Below the pieces are notes generated by a model. That model did no database searches and was not told the DNA's origin. It saw only the letters and a list, made by a program, of their open reading frames with translations. A stretch of DNA of 64,000 nucleotides from Octopus vulgaris. Taxonomy: Eukaryota. Both the position numbers and the translations under genes were made by a program. Of this stretch, positions 1 to 14,983 are shown piece by piece (the stretch's first letter is position 1; each line of letters starts with the position of its first letter). The DNA lies in the NCBI GenBank assembly GCA_951406725.2, contig OX597831.1, forward strand, positions 21,452,001 through 21,516,000, given 5' to 3'.

Positions 1-115
1 CTTCAAACAATGCCACAAAATGGGACGATCGGACAAGTTGTTTTGAGAAAATTTGGTTTAAATGTTTGACAACTCAGCACCGTCCATTGGACGGAGGGGG
101 GGGGCGTTTTGCTCG

Positions 116-212
<97 letters not shown>

Positions 213-968
213 ATATACATACATACAACGGACTCCTTTCAGTTTCCGTCAATGAAATCCACTCACAAAGAATTGCTTGGTGCGGCACATATTAAAGAAA
301 AAGACACGTGCCTAGAGAGCCACTCAGACGGACTGAAACCGGGACCGTGAGGTATCGAAGCAAACATCTCACCGCACAGCAACATCTTGTTTTTTATATA
401 TTTTATGACTGCTACGACACGACTATTGCAAATAAATTAGAGAATAGGTTTCCATATATCTCCAAGAAAGTCTTACATATTTACCTCGAAAAATGAAAAT
501 ACGATCGATTTCTCTTAATCATCACCAGCATAGCTTTATTTCTGGTTAGCTATTTAATGCTCCCTGCATTAAATATGCTCACTTAGAACCGGACAATAAT
601 AGAATTAGATTCTCAATATTGAAATGCTGCTACAGATGGTAATAATTCAATCAATTATGGGAACTTGATGTCTTGGAGAATGAAGAAATTAAATTCCTTA
701 ATCCCTAACACTGAGAATATTGGCAAAACAAGAAGATAACTGAAAGCGGTCGACATAAAATAGTAGGAGATATTCTAGTCATGTGATGAATATGATGGTG
801 ATGGTTCTGATGATGATGACGGTGAAAAGAATGTCGATGTCCAAAGATGCGCATGCACATTCATAAAAATATAATGAATGTATAAACATATATGTTATTA
901 CACACACACACATACACATGGACATGCACACACACGCATGTATATCTATCTATCTATCTATCTATCTA

Positions 969-1017
<49 letters not shown>

Positions 1018-1148
1018 GCATCCACACAAACACGTACATACACACATATGTCTATATATATAAATATACGTGTGAGTGTGTGAGAATATACATTCATACC
1101 TACATATATACATATATACAAACATACATACATATACATATATATGTA

Positions 1149-1219
<71 letters not shown>

Positions 1220-1221
1220 GA

Positions 1222-1517
1222 GGCGCAATGGCCCAGTAGTTAGGGCAGCGGACTCGCGGTCGTAGGATCGCGGTTTCGATTCCTAGACCGGGCGTTGTGA
1301 GTGTTTATTGAGCGAAAACACCTAAAAAGCTCCACGAGGTTCCGGCAGGGCGTGGTGATCCCTGCTGTACTCTTTCACCAAACTTTCTCTCACTCTTTCT
1401 TCTGTTGGCCTACTCGCTTAGCCAGTGGGGTGGCGTCATTCGAAGGCTAAAACAATGCGAACGCATTGTGACCAGCGATGTGTAACAACATCTGATGGTC
1501 TGGTCGGTCACATGATT

Positions 1518-1523
<6 letters not shown>
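1222..1523 (+). mobile_element. tRNA-derived SINE, family A (tRNA-Arg-like head, resembles octopus OR1/OR2), tail type 1
   Basis: Head GGCGCAATGGCCCAGTAGTTAGGGCAGCGGACTCG (A box) and GGTTTCGATTCC (B box), followed by a conserved body. It ends in (TA)n and has homologous copies at 5721, 12712, 14640, 31286 and 41199. Confidence 0.85.
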
Positions 1524-2168
<645 letters not shown>

Positions 2169-2176
2169 CACACACA

Positions 2177-3429
2177 CAGGGTGCGTAAGGTGTTTGAGGA
2201 CTTCGCGTTTTTGGGTCACTGCTGCATTTTTTGTACAATCTTTGTTTTAGAAAATAATAATGGCAGATCTCAGTTTACTTATGAAATGAAGAGGCATGCT
2301 GTTAAGGTAGTTATAAAGACTGAACATAGCGATTTAGAAATACCTCGATTTTTAAAAGTTGTCAGATCTTTCATCTACAAAGGTTGTAAGTAACTGGAGA
2401 CTGAAGATGGAAACGTATCACCAGTGTCAAAACATAAAAAGCATTCTAAACACTCTGAAATCATCAGAACACCTGAATTTATCAATCAAGTTCAGTAGTT
2501 TACAATCACAGAAATCCATGAGATCAATTGCAAAAGATCTCCACGTGTCAGAAGAAACAGTCAGGAATGTTGTCCACGAAGACATCAGATATAAGACTTA
2601 TATAATGAAGAAAAGTCAATTTGTCAGAAAAATCAAAAGAAAATCATATCAGATCTGAAAGGCTCTTAAACAAACTGAAAAATCCAGCAGAAAAAGATCT
2701 TATTTGGTTTTTCTCAAACGAGTAAAAGCTATGACCAAGATCAAAAAGTTTACAGAAGAAATGACAGCTGGTTATGTGTAGACCCTTCTGAAGTTCCAGA
2801 TGTTATGCATACAAAAATTTCTGTAACTGTCATGGTTTTTAGGTGTTCTCAGCAATGAAGAACATGTGATGCTTCCTTACTTCTTTCCACATGGCCTTAG
2901 AGTTAACTCTGCTGCTAACATTGAGGTTCTGGAAATAATTGTTCAGCCCTGGATAGAAAGTGTAAGCAATGGAAGGCCATATGTATTTCAGTAAGACTGC
3001 ACTATCATATCATGGCTCTTTTAACACAAGAATGGATGGCTGAAAATGTTCACGATCACATAACCCCTAACATTTGGCCTCCTAATTCCCCGGATCTCAA
3101 TCCATTGGACTACTACATGAGGAGCGTTGTTGAGAGAAAGAAAGAGCAATGAATACGCCCATAACAGCAAAGATTCTTTGAAAGTTGCCATAGTCAGAGT
3201 TATGTCCAAAATGAACCAGGACCACTTGATTCGACCATGTAGATGATTCAGATTCCATATCGAAGCAATTGTTGAAGTTGAAGATGGCTTTATTCAATAA
3301 TATTATAGAAAGGAAGATATATTTTTATACTCATAGCATTTTGTGATAATAAAAAGTTATTATCTGTTATTATATATTTATTTTTTTATAAACATAAATC
3401 TCTCCTCATATATCTTATTCACCGTTGTA
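2177..3429 (+). mobile_element. Decayed Tc1/mariner-superfamily transposon (DD37D/maT-like), transposase pseudogene
   Basis: HTH segment KSMRSIAKDLHVSEETVRNVVHEDIRYKTY, then FQ*D (~2985-2997) and WPPNSPDLNPLDYY (~3075-3116), with stops and frameshifts. Degenerate TIRs CAGGGTGCGTAAG... / ...CTTATTCACCGTTG-TA. Confidence 0.88.
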
Positions 3430-3789
3430 AACGTTCAGCAAAAAAGAAAAAGACACTAAAAATTCCTCTTTGGTTAATCTATAGATCGGTCCTCTAAAAC
3501 AAAGTAATCTGAGCCTTTAAAACGCAGATGGATTATTTCAGGATATTTTTCTGGAATTTCACAGAAATGAAATAATTCAATTGAATTTACCAAAACATTA
3601 CCAGAACATTTATGTGTATGTGTGTGCGCGCGTACATGTGCATGTATATAGATGTATATACATACATACATACATACATAACTATATATATATGTATGCA
3701 TATATATGTATACATATATATGTATATATATGTATGTATATATATATGTATATATATACATACATACACACACACATATATATATATAT

Positions 3790-3820
<31 letters not shown>

Positions 3821-5720
3821 TTACATTCCTAGGTCAAATTGTGTCGGATTGATGAATGTAAATAATGGGATTAAGCGCATTGTTTGGTTCTCCACCAATA
3901 AGAACACCGGAACTGTCCTTGCAATGAAATCCAGCCTAGCAGGAATCAGTAAAATGTATTAAAAACAACGAGAGCTACAATCCAGAAAAATCTCTAGATT
4001 AAAACACTGGATATACTTCTTTATGAGTTATTAGTTGGTTTACATATAGGCGAGGTAACCAAGAACACATTTGAACAGACACAAGAACACTCCTTCGAGA
4101 AGATTAGTTACTGTTATCGTTATAGTGATGGCTATACATTGACTAAATATGCATGTAATAAATTTGATGTAAGTCATTAATACGCATCCATTACTAGTAG
4201 CCTAGTGATTTAGGTTAGGGTTCGATTTACGGACCGGGCGGCTTGTCGTGTTCTTGAGCTAAATACATCGACAACGTAGCGTCTATTTTCTGACATGCTG
4301 TTCGACCACACAGCACGTAGGCAACGTTTGCTTAAGTGCTGTGTGGGGAAAATAGATGCTATGTTTTTGTTCTGTGCGTCGTAAAAGGTGACTAAAAGAG
4401 GTTGAAGTACGATATGCATTCCGAGCTCGTAAAACCATCATCAGCGACGACTACCGAAAACCGACCCATGCGTTGCAGGGTTGTCGTCTGAGTCGTGTAA
4501 AAGCCTCCTCAGTCAGGAGTAGGCAATCACCAGCAAATGGAATATGCAGTGATGCGCTTAAAAAAAACCCTGTAATCTTTAGTGTAAATGTTATATAATC
4601 TATACCAGTACTTCAACGGTGCTCAATTTTATCGGCCCCGTGTCGATGAAAGAAAAAGTCAGCTGTGGCAGTATTTGAATTTATAGCGCCGGAGCAAATA
4701 ATGCAAACCAGTTTCCCGAACTGCTAATGAATCTCACTGTCTTGGATACACAAAAAAAACAAAAAAACAAAAAACAATAATCAAATGATGCTTCGTGAAA
4801 TATATGCAGAGGGCCTGAACTTTGGAGAAGGGGCTATTTATTTACATCGACTCTAGTGCTAAATTTGTACTTTAATTTATCGATACTGGAGGGAGGCGAA
4901 GAAAAGTCGACCTCGGCAGGTTTTGAACACACGACGTAAAAGCCGGAATAAATCCAGGAATGCATTCTTACAGGCCTTCTAAAAATACTCTCGGAGGACT
5001 GCATTAACATTTTAAAAAATGATAAGCCTAAAACCACTGTCTTAATGCGAAGAAATTACAAGTAACATGTATATCTATGTATTCGTGGATTTTTGGAAGA
5101 TAACATGGTTGAAATGAAAGTCGACATTTGAAGATCTAAGAATTTTGATGTTCGAAATTAATGAGAAGACATGATGTAGAAATGCTTCATCATAATGAAA
5201 TTATCCTCTTTCTTTATTTTCCCAGAGCTTTTCCTTTCATGAATTACTGTCATTTGCATGTTAGTCACTTGATCGTTGCCAGCCAATAAAACAATGTTTC
5301 AGGAAACATTCCTTGAAAAATGCTTTCTGATTGTACACCACCTTATTATACCTGACAGTGAAGTAAAAACAAAACAAAAACAACAACAACAACAACAACA
5401 ACAAAAAACAAAACAAAACAGGATTCATAAGATGACAACTGACGATATTTGCAAGGTGGGCTAAAAGACACGCACCAAGATTAAAATCTCACAATGCGAA
5501 TTAGAAAGAAATACTGATGTTATGTTATGGTGCGTGACTTTTGGCCTATACATATGTATATATCTACACATGCATGTATGTATGTACGTTGGGGTGGTGG
5601 TGGAGCGTTAGGTATGTATCTATCTCCCTCTCCATACATATATACGCAAGCACGCACACATACATATACATACACATGTATACACGCATACACCTAATAT
5701 GTGTGTGTATATATATCACC

Positions 5721-5977
5721 ATCACGTGACCGACCAGTCCATCAATGCGTTCGCATTGTTTTAGCCTTCGAATGACGCCACCCCGCTGGCTAAGCGAGCA
5801 GGCCAACAGAAGAAAGAGTGGGAGAAAGAGTGGCGAAATAATACATCAGGGGCTACCACCACCCCCTGCCGGAGCCTCGTTGAGCTTTTAGGTGTTTTCG
5901 CTCAATAAACACTCACAACGCCCGGTCTGGGAATCGAAACCGCGAGTCCGCTGCCCTAACCACTAGCACATTGCGCC
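5721..5977 (-). mobile_element. SINE family A, tail type 1 (internally deleted)
   Basis: Reverse complement of the element at 1222-1523. Confidence 0.85.
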
Positions 5978-6320
5978 TCCGTGTATATATATATATATAT
6001 ATACATATATAACACGATATCGACTAGGCCAGTGGTTCCCAACCATTTTATTTAAATGAGGTTTTTTCCACGGACAGCTTTCGAATGAGCCACATTGCTG
6101 CCAAAGTGAGAAGGCCAACGGTGCCTGTCACCTGAAGGATATTGCATCACAGGGTTACCTCCCTGAAGCTGAGAGAACTGGGGCAACAGCAAATGTAACG
6201 CTTTGTTCAATAACACAACGAGCTACCTGCTCCGGGAATCGTACTCATAATGACCTAGCGATCGTGAATACCCTAACCACTAGGCTACACGCCTTCATAT
6301 ATATGTGGCTGAACACACAG

Positions 6321-6355
<35 letters not shown>

Positions 6356-6404
6356 AAATTTAATTAGAGGTTACAATAGACTCATGAAGGGATAATGATT
6401 TTCT

Positions 6405-6440
<36 letters not shown>

Positions 6441-6469
6441 ATTTATCTATCTATCTATATATCTATCTA

Positions 6470-6548
<79 letters not shown>

Positions 6549-6929
6549 GGATAATAATTTTCTTTATCGATCTATCTATCTATCTATCTATCTATCTCTA
6601 TTTATATAAAAAAATATTTCCGTATACACATTTTTGGTAAGCCTTACTAAGAGATTTTTTTTTGTAGTATAGTAAAAATAATCATATTTAACTTACCTGG
6701 GTCAGGTTTTGTCGACTTCAACCCAAAGTTTTATGTAATATTTGTGTAATCTTTTCTAGATTTAACTATATTTGCGGTCAAATGATTAAATAGGCCACAT
6801 AATGTACAACTGCAAACATATCAAGGCCCTAACATAACTTCAGCTTCGTCATCTGCGTTCTGTCTTGCATATTAGCATTATTGTAGGAGTTCTGCGCCGG
6901 CGCCGGCGCAGTTCGTGTGTAGGCCCTCA

Positions 6930-7335
6930 GTACCTCATTGTAGCTGACCTAGGCGATACATGATTCCAAGATGGAAGGATGATGGAAGGATGGTAGGACA
7001 TGGTTGCTGGTGAAAAGGAGTCATGATGGCCAGAGTTCGCTATACAGATATGTGCTGAAGAACACCTCCATCCCCCAGACATAGGAGGAGCAAAAGGCAA
7101 TCCGATGATCGCACCGATTGCCGAAGCACGTAATTCCAGCCATTTGGAAGAAACTAGAGAGAGCATGAAAGAGCACATAAAGAGGTGTCACGTCTCCGTT
7201 GCGTCAAGTAATTTCACCTGCAGTAGATGTCATCGCTGCTCAGAGCAACAGCAAATCTTATCGTCCACATGGGATTTTATCAGGGATGATTTATTAACAG
7301 AACAGTCAATGTCGATCTATGAAGGACAGCCAGTG
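6930..7335 (+). mobile_element. Old RTE-clade LINE 3' remnant
   Basis: FTCSRCHRC zinc-knuckle-like remnant near 7210, and an RTE-style terminus GTCGATCTATGAAGGACAGCC. Highly degenerate. Confidence 0.4.
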
Positions 7336-7419
7336 CCCTTTCTATACATTATACAATAACCCACCAAGGATAAGTTATACACCAAGAAGTAACTCTTAAG
7401 CTACTCTTACTCTTTACTC

Positions 7420-7820
7420 TTTTACTCTTTTACTTGTTTCAGTCATTTGACTGCGGCCATGCTGGAGCACCACCTTTAGTCGAGCAAATCGACCCCGGGA
7501 CTTATTCTTTGTAAGCCCAGTACTTATTCTATCGGTCTCTTTTGCCGAACCGCTAAGTGACGGGGACGTAAACACACCAGCATCGGTTGTCAAGCAATGC
7601 TAGGGGGACAAACACAGACACACAAACATATACACACACACTTATATACATATACATATATACGACAGGCTTCTTTCAGTTTCCGTCTACCAAATCCACT
7701 CACAAGGCATTGGTCGGCCCGGGGCTATAGCAGAAGACACTTGCTCAAGATGCCACGCAGTGGGACTGAACCCGGAACCATGTGGTTGGTTAGCAAGCTA
7801 CTTACCACACAGCCAATCCT
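7420..7820 (-). mobile_element. tRNA-derived SINE, family B (CORE-like segment, internal TA/CA microsatellite)
   Basis: The minus strand reads GGCTGTGTGGTAAG...GGTTCAGTCCC...CTTGAGCAAGTGTCTTC...AAATGACTGAAACAAGTAAAAGAG, ending in a (GAGTAAAA)n tail. Confidence 0.9.
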
Positions 7821-8769
7821 ACGTTCATTATTTTATAATACATAAAATGCACACTATTTCCGTAGAGCGTCATTGTACATTTCTAACTCGCCACATTGCT
7901 GACAAGAGCTGGTAGAAATAGCAAATGTCACTCAAATTACGTTCTGCATATTAAGAAAATAGGCATATTGTTGAATGTAGTCGAAAATACTTAAAAATAC
8001 AAAATTGCTTTGGCAGCCTACTTGATCAGAATATAAATTTATAACCTGCGGGTCAGAACAGCAACATTATAACATCATTTCCTTTAGCCATTCTTAATAT
8101 TATCTTATTTTCTCTACTTGCATTTTAGATTTTAAACAACAAAATAGCGAAACAGAATTATTAAGTAGAAGAATTACTTCCGGCACGGATTAGTGCAGAA
8201 GATTCTGATGATATCCAATGGGATTAAAGATGGCCTGAAGGTCTGTGGATTGAAAAGTTATACATCAGAAAATATAAGTTAAATAAAAATGAAATTCTCA
8301 CGTTCGTATTTTCTTTTTGCAATTCTCATTGAGTAACTTTTAAACAGTTGTATGTAAACAGCCAATAGCAACTCATGTCAAAATAAATTTAGCACTGGGT
8401 AGGGACTTGTGATTAGTAAATCACAGTGACAATCGTCAGATTTCGTGTACGATCTTAATTCACAGTACCTCATGCAAGTAACCTACTATCGTAGGCTTGG
8501 CTCATTTCTACGCCAGGTCCTCAGTAGTAAACTTAACATGTCACCCGGTTTCACATCACCATCTCACTCGGTAAGCGTGTAGGGAAGTTATATCTTTGAA
8601 ATAATGTCCGGAATTAGGAAGAGCATACAGTCTTCTTGGCTATTGCGCTTTGCTTATATCGACATCGTACATTAACGGGAACCAGGCTCCCTTATTTCAT
8701 ACTGAGTTACTTCTACCTATCATGGGGTTCCTAAAACAAGGTGCATTGGCACTGTCCTCTTCCGCCTCC

Positions 8770-8936
8770 ATCGTCGTCGTCATCATCACCTTCTTCTTCT
8801 TCCTTTCTTCTTTTTCTTCTTTTTCTTCTCCTTCTTCATCTTCTTCTTCTCCTTCTTCTTCTTCTTCTTCTTCTTCTTCTTCTTCTTCTTCTTCTTCTTC
8901 TTCTCCTTCTTCTTCCTCTTCTTCTTCTTCCTCTTC
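8770..8936. repeat. (TTC)n microsatellite
   Basis: Directly visible; it produces the spurious poly-S, poly-E and poly-L ORFs. Confidence 0.95.
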
Positions 8937-9796
8937 AAAATTAGCCAAAGCAATATTTAAAAGCCAATGTTGAATTGATTGTAGTGCCGTATATATGGCA
9001 CGCATATAAAAAAAAATTAGAATTTCGTGTGTGCAATTGTTCTTTGAAAGATGTATCAGTGAAGTCGAATTATTTTACAAAATTTCTTAGTGTTCTGTTC
9101 CATCGAATACAAATGTCAAGCTTCTTATAGGAAAAAATAACAGGAGTGAAAATATGTTTACACGTTTAAGAAATACATCTTTACAGGTGTTCCATTAATA
9201 AATAAATATGTAATGCCATGACAAACATTACATTTCTATTACATTATGAAATCTTCAGAAGAATATTTATACAAGTTTTTAAGAAAAGTAAAACCTTGAA
9301 TAATGATGATTTCGCACAATAACACGCAGGAAAACATTTTGAAAGAAGGCACTGTGAACTAAATCACTTGGTCCCAAGTATATTGCAGTATCAGATCCAT
9401 TCACTCTGAATATAAAATGAAGTGGTGGCAATTGGGGAGTGAACACAAATCGCAGGAGAAAAAATAACAGACACAATTATGCAGAGAAAGGTAGGTTATA
9501 CCTAAAAGGCCAATAACTAGCCAGGAATGATTAACACAATGACAAAGAATACACGAATACATAAAAGAAAGATACCAATGTTGTTGCCAGATCTACTAAG
9601 AAGGTTTGTGGTCGGCCTGAGGCTAGAGTAGAAGAAACAGTTACTTAAGATTTTTTTATGGGGACTGAAGAGCAACTAACTACTACAATAGCTTGGGGTC
9701 GGTCAAAGCCTTGTGAGTGGATTTGGTAGAACGAAACTGAAAGAAACCTATCGTATACAAGCATTCATACAGACGCATATATTAACATACACACAC

Positions 9797-9854
<58 letters not shown>

Positions 9855-9859
<5 letters not shown>

Positions 9860-10388
9860 CGAGATGGTGACTGCACTCCAGAAATAAGACGGCGGATAGT
9901 ACTAGGCAGAGAGACAATGGTCATACAGGGTCTGCTACCAAATGCATATTGGTGAATGCAATTGTTTTCCCAATAACAACATATGGATGCGAGACCTGGA
10001 CACTAAAGAAAGCTGACCAAAAGAGAATTAATGCATTCGAGCTTTGGTGTTGGAGAAGACTTTTACGGATTCCATGGACAGCGAGGCTCACCAATGGAGA
10101 AGTTCTTTAAGCAGATAAGGCCGAAAATGTCGCTAGAAGCTAGGATCACCAAGCATAGATTGGCATATTTCGGTCATGTTATGCGGAGAAAATCCCTCGA
10201 GAAGGACATCATGCTCGGAATGGCCAGTGGCAAGAGAGGAACAGGCCGACCAAGAACCTGCTGGCTTGACACCATCAAGAGTGATACCGTAATGGACATA
10301 GCCAATCTCAAAGAAGCGGCCCAGGATAGAACTGACTGGAGGACACTGATACAACGAGTGACCGAGAGTCGACGTCGACTGAGCGGAT
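9855..10388 (+). mobile_element. RTE/BovB-like LINE, 5'-truncated 3' end of ORF2
   Basis: Translates to DGDCTPEIRRRI...VFPITTYGCETWTLKKADQKRINAFELWCWRRLLRIPWTAR, then after a frameshift LAYFGHVMRRKSLEKDIMLG...GRPRTCWLD...AQDRTDWR...ESRRRLSG. Flanked by (TA)n on both sides. Confidence 0.92.
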
Positions 10389-10415
10389 ATATATATATAT
10401 ATATATGTTATAGAA

Positions 10416-10737
10416 GGCGCGTGGCTCAGTGGTTAGAGCGTCGAGCTTACGATCGTAAGGTTGTGAGCTCGAATCCGGACCGGGCTGCGTGTTGTGTTCT
10501 TGAGCAAGACACTTTATTTCACGTTGTTCGAGTTCACTCAGCTGTAGAAATGAGTTGCGACGTCACAGGTGCCAAGCTGTATCGGCCCTTGCCTTTCCCT
10601 TGGACAACATCGGTGGGGAGGCCGGCATGCATGGGCGACTGCTGGTCTTCCATAAAACAACCTTGCCCAGACTTGTGCCTCAGGGAGTAACTCTCTAGGT
10701 GCAAACCCATGGTCAGTGTCTGACCGAAGGGGTCACC
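10416..10737 (+). mobile_element. tRNA-derived SINE, family D
   Basis: GGCGCGTGGCTCAGTGGTTAGAGCG (A box), GAGCTCGAATCC (B box) and the central segment TTGTGTTCTTGAGCAAGACACTTTATTTCACGTTG. Copies at 13050, 47379, 51885 and 59716. Confidence 0.88.
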
Positions 10738-10759
10738 ACCTTATATATATATATGTATG

Positions 10760-10793
<34 letters not shown>

Positions 10794-11448
10794 TGTATGT
10801 ATGTATGTATGTATGTATGTATGTATATATGTATGTATATCTAAAGTTGAATGTATGCGTGTTTGTACCTACCATTGCCTCCCTATCGGTGTTGTAGTGT
10901 TTTCATCCCCGTAACGAAGTGGTTCGGCAAAAGAGGTAGATAACAAAAGATTGTAAACTAACGACTTTAAATAGCATTGCATATAAGGAAATATGTATTG
11001 CAATTCGTTGAGAAACGGACAGAAAGGTCTAGAATGGATTCTGCATGATTATAATTCAGTTTGGTCTCGTGCGAGGTGAGGTAAATATAACTTCATAACA
11101 ATAGAGGAAAAAATATACTACCCTGAATAAATGTTGTCCGGCGTCAGAATGTCTTGTCTACGTTAGAAGAGAAGAAGCTACAAGACGAGAGCACAAAAAT
11201 GATTTTAATTTGAGACTGATATAGAAAGTAATATGGCAGCTGACTATGCTACATCGGATAAAAATGTTTAGCTAATCATGTTACTCGCGCATGTGTGTGT
11301 ACGTATCCATATATGTTATATGTGTGTGTGTGCATACCCCTCCCATATATATATATACATACATATATACAAATACATATATATATATACATATGCAGAT
11401 ATATATTTATATATATCAATCTATATGTAATTTCACAGACACACACAC

Positions 11449-11546
<98 letters not shown>

Positions 11547-11695
11547 ATATACACACCCACACACACACATATATCGTTACATTTGTTTTCGTGTCGAGTT
11601 TTAAATAGAAACAATGTCACAGTGAACAGAACGATTAAATAATACTAAGTTTATATTAATTTTGACTTTTGCAAGGTAATGTGTGCATACATATG

Positions 11696-11760
<65 letters not shown>

Positions 11761-12164
11761 GTCTATCTAAATATCTATATTCGTGTTGTGGGCAATGTCA
11801 TGACAACTCAATAAAGTCTTCCTCAGAAAGCAAAAGGCCTTTGTGGCAGATTGTATGTTTTGACTCTGAACTACGAGGTCAGAAGAGTTAGTTCAAGTCA
11901 TTGTGGTGCCTAGATAGGTGAAGGCCTCGGTGTACTTTGGAGGCTCTTCATTACTTTCATTTGTTCGGGCTCTCTTGACCTATTGGGACATTTTGCTTTA
12001 CAGTGTATAAATATGTATGTATGAATGTATGTATGTTCCTATGTATGTATATGTATGTACATATATGTTGATATATATATATATATATATACGCATGCAT
12101 GCATGTATGCATGTATGTATATGTTTTTATATATAAAGGGGCGATATCAGTACACATTCCTTTG

Positions 12165-12565
12165 TGATGCCATGCTGGGACCAGACATGAGACTGAAGAG
12201 ACTGGAAGGAATTAGTTGTTCTCTACAGCCTGAAATATAACTCATCATCCAGATGCTATATGGGGAACTCGTGAAAGAAAAAAGACCCCGGCAGAAACCA
12301 AGGTTGCGATTTAAGGACTGTGTCAAGTCCTGATTAAAGGCCTCTGTTATGCAGGGGACTCACTGGGAGAACAATGCCTGTCATCACCATAAATGGAGGA
12401 AGCAGATTAAGGAGGGAGTCGACACTTTTGCAGTCGTGTTTGCTTGTCAAGAACAGGGCTCATTAACCACCAGCGGAGCCGCAAATGCAAAATATATAAG
12501 TCCCAGAGCGCACAATGCGCCTGAATGTCAGCAATGGTCTTCCTCGGTCACGTGTGGATGAGCAT
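12165..12565 (+). mobile_element. RTE-clade LINE 3' remnant
   Basis: MLYGELVKEKRPRQKPRLRFKDCVK and WENNACHHHKWRKQIKEG match the RTE ORF2 C-terminal pattern LYGEL...P..R.KD / WE..A....WR. Confidence 0.75.
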
Positions 12566-12572
12566 CATATAT

Positions 12573-12632
<60 letters not shown>

Positions 12633-12680
12633 TTTTCTTTCTATCGTCTTTCTGGATGTTTTGTTGTCCCATTTCGTATT

Positions 12681-12711
<31 letters not shown>

Positions 12712-12957
12712 CTTAGCGTATAGGTTTCCCACCTGGAAAGGGACGCCGGCCCGTCGCAGGTGAGCTGCAAGATGCAGGAGGAAAGAGTGAGTGAAATTTG
12801 TGGCGAAAGAGTCAGCAGAAGTTCTGTCATTACCTTCTGCCGGAGCCGCGTGGATCTTAGGTGTTTCGCTCATAAACACACACATCACCGGTTTGAGATT
12901 CGAACCTGCGTTCCCCCGACCGCGAGTCCGCTGCTCTAACCACTAGGCCATGTGCCC
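12712..12957 (-). mobile_element. SINE family A, tail type 2 (3'-truncated)
   Basis: Same head as 1222; body homologous to 31286-31586. Confidence 0.85.
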
Positions 12958-13049
12958 CCACTACACAAATGAATAATGATTTTAAAATCCGGGCAAATGC
13001 TTACTAAGTACTTTGTTGCAATCCGATAAAGACGAGTAAAGAAGTATTA

Positions 13050-13390
13050 AAAGGTAAAGAACCTCCTTCGGTCTTTGAATGATTATGGGATTGCGCCTTG
13101 AAAGTTACCCTCTGAGGTACAACTCGCCGCAAGGTTGTTTATGGAAGATCAGCAGTCACCCACGCATACCAGTCTCCCCCTCCACGCCGCCTATCATATC
13201 CCCCACCAAAGACAAAGGCCGATACAGCTTGGCACCTGAGACATCACAACTCATTTCTACGGCTGAGTGAACTGGAGCAACGTGAAATAAAGTGTCTCGT
13301 TCAGCACACAACACAGCCGCCATCTGAGAATTGAACTCACCAACTCGTGATTGTGATCCTGACGCACTAACCACTGAACAATGCACCTTC
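13050..13390 (-). mobile_element. SINE family D
   Basis: Reverse complement of 10416-10737, more diverged. Confidence 0.85.
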
Positions 13391-13826
13391 ATTTAAGGAA
13401 ATGGTAAGAATATTGTAAAGTATGCAATTATAGTTGTGCTTTCTTCCGATTGGTAGATCCGGAATTCGTTTCAAAGAATTTCACATAAAATTCCAGAGTG
13501 TATTACGAGAAAATGGAAAATTGCAGTTATTTGATTAATAGATTACAACATATAAAATACTGACGTGCGTTTTATGCAAGCGTTTTACGTGCTTTGTTTC
13601 TGCAATGTAACCGATCTATATTAAATCCATTATAGTGTAGATGCCTTATTAAATGTCTGACATTTACTCTGCATTTCGTTATAAAATTAAGTACCAGTGG
13701 TCAATAAGTTTAATTGTTCTAACCTAAATAGCTTGCTGTTGCTATGGCTGAAATTGCATTTCATTATTTTTTTTATGTCCGCTAAGTTCAGCTTCTGTTC
13801 AAGTATAACTAGATTCTTAACATATC

Positions 13827-14355
13827 TATTGGATTGTCCGGAAAGTTCGTGCCGATTTATAGTAGCTTACCTTTCGATTTATTTTAGAGCATGGTTGAGT
13901 CCATAAAATAGGATTTGATTACACCTCCATTTAGAGCACAGTTTAAGCCATTTGTTCGTGGAAGATGGTTTATGTTCCTATAACCTGTGTTAATTCCGTA
14001 ACCCTTTAAAATGGAAGATAAGAAAGTTCATTTTCGGCACTTGATTATTTGGTAACAGGCAATCATTGCTGCAGCTCGGCTGGGATGTGTTACCCCACCC
14101 TCCATATTCACCAGATATTACCGCTTCGGATTTCCACTTATCCAGGTCTCTGCAGAATAGTCTTCATGGTAAAAGTTTCAATTGCTTGAATGACGTAAAA
14201 AGATACCTTGAAGCTATTTTCAAGTTAAAGGAAAGATGGAGACGCATTGTGCAACAAAATGGTTCATATCTGGTTGATTAAACATCTAATGGCAAGTATT
14301 TATTGCCTTATTTTTTTCTTTAAAAATCGGCACGAACTTTCCGGACACCCCAGTA
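13827..14355 (+). mobile_element. Internally deleted mariner (DD34D type) with both TIRs and TA target sites
   Basis: TIRs TTGGATTGTCCGGAAAGTTCGTGCCGATTT (13829-13858) and AAATCGGCACGAACTTTCCGGACACCCCAG (14324-14353), each with a flanking TA. Peptide LGWDVLPHPPYSPDITASDFHL...KLKERW...NGSY. Confidence 0.93.
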
Positions 14356-14639
14356 TATTTCTATCCATCCTTCCTTAACCCCCTCTTTCACTTCCTCTCT
14401 ACGATCTTTGATCAGTTAATTCTACTAACAGTTTTCTTCAATTTCCCTAAAAACAGCGCATTGATAAAGTTGTACAGGCGTGCATCTTTGGGGCTATATA
14501 ATACTATAATCGATTTAATATGAATCTATTAGTTTCCAGAACCCTCGCGTCTAAGGTTTCTAAATGGTTTGCTTAACAGGAAGACATGTCGGGATTTTAT
14601 ATGTTCTAACCTGTTAATTAACGAAGTGCAATTCTCCAT

Positions 14640-14850
14640 CAGTCTAAAGCTCCACGATGCTCCGGCAGGGGGTGGTGGCGACGCCTGCTGTACTCTTTCG
14701 CCGCAACTTTCTCTCACTCTTTAATCTATTGGCCTGCTCGCTTATCCAGCGGGGTGGCATCATTGAAGGCTAAAACAATGCGAAGCGCATCGTGACCAGC
14801 AATGTGTAGCAATATCTGATAGCCCGGTCGTTCAGGTGATTACGTGACTT
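14640..14850 (+). mobile_element. SINE family A, tail type 1 (head lost)
   Basis: Body and tail homologous to 1320-1523. Confidence 0.8.
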
Positions 14851-14856
14851 GATATA

Positions 14857-14911
<55 letters not shown>

Positions 14912-14983
14912 CAATATATATATCAAGTCACGTAATCACCCGAATGACCAGGCTATCAGTTATTGCTACACATTGCTGGTCAC

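Noticed and set aside
1222-1292. tRNA-Arg-like sequence (similar tRNA-like heads at 10416 and 47379)
   Set aside because: These are SINE heads: they lack a proper acceptor stem and continue into repeated SINE bodies.
8205-8230. CTGATGA followed by a hairpin (other isolated CTGANGA at 43875 and 44129)
   Set aside because: There is no correctly placed GAAA, stem III or stem I, so these are not hammerheads.
10031-10690. 219-aa ORF
   Set aside because: It is a chance read-through of a LINE end, a (TA)n tract and a SINE.
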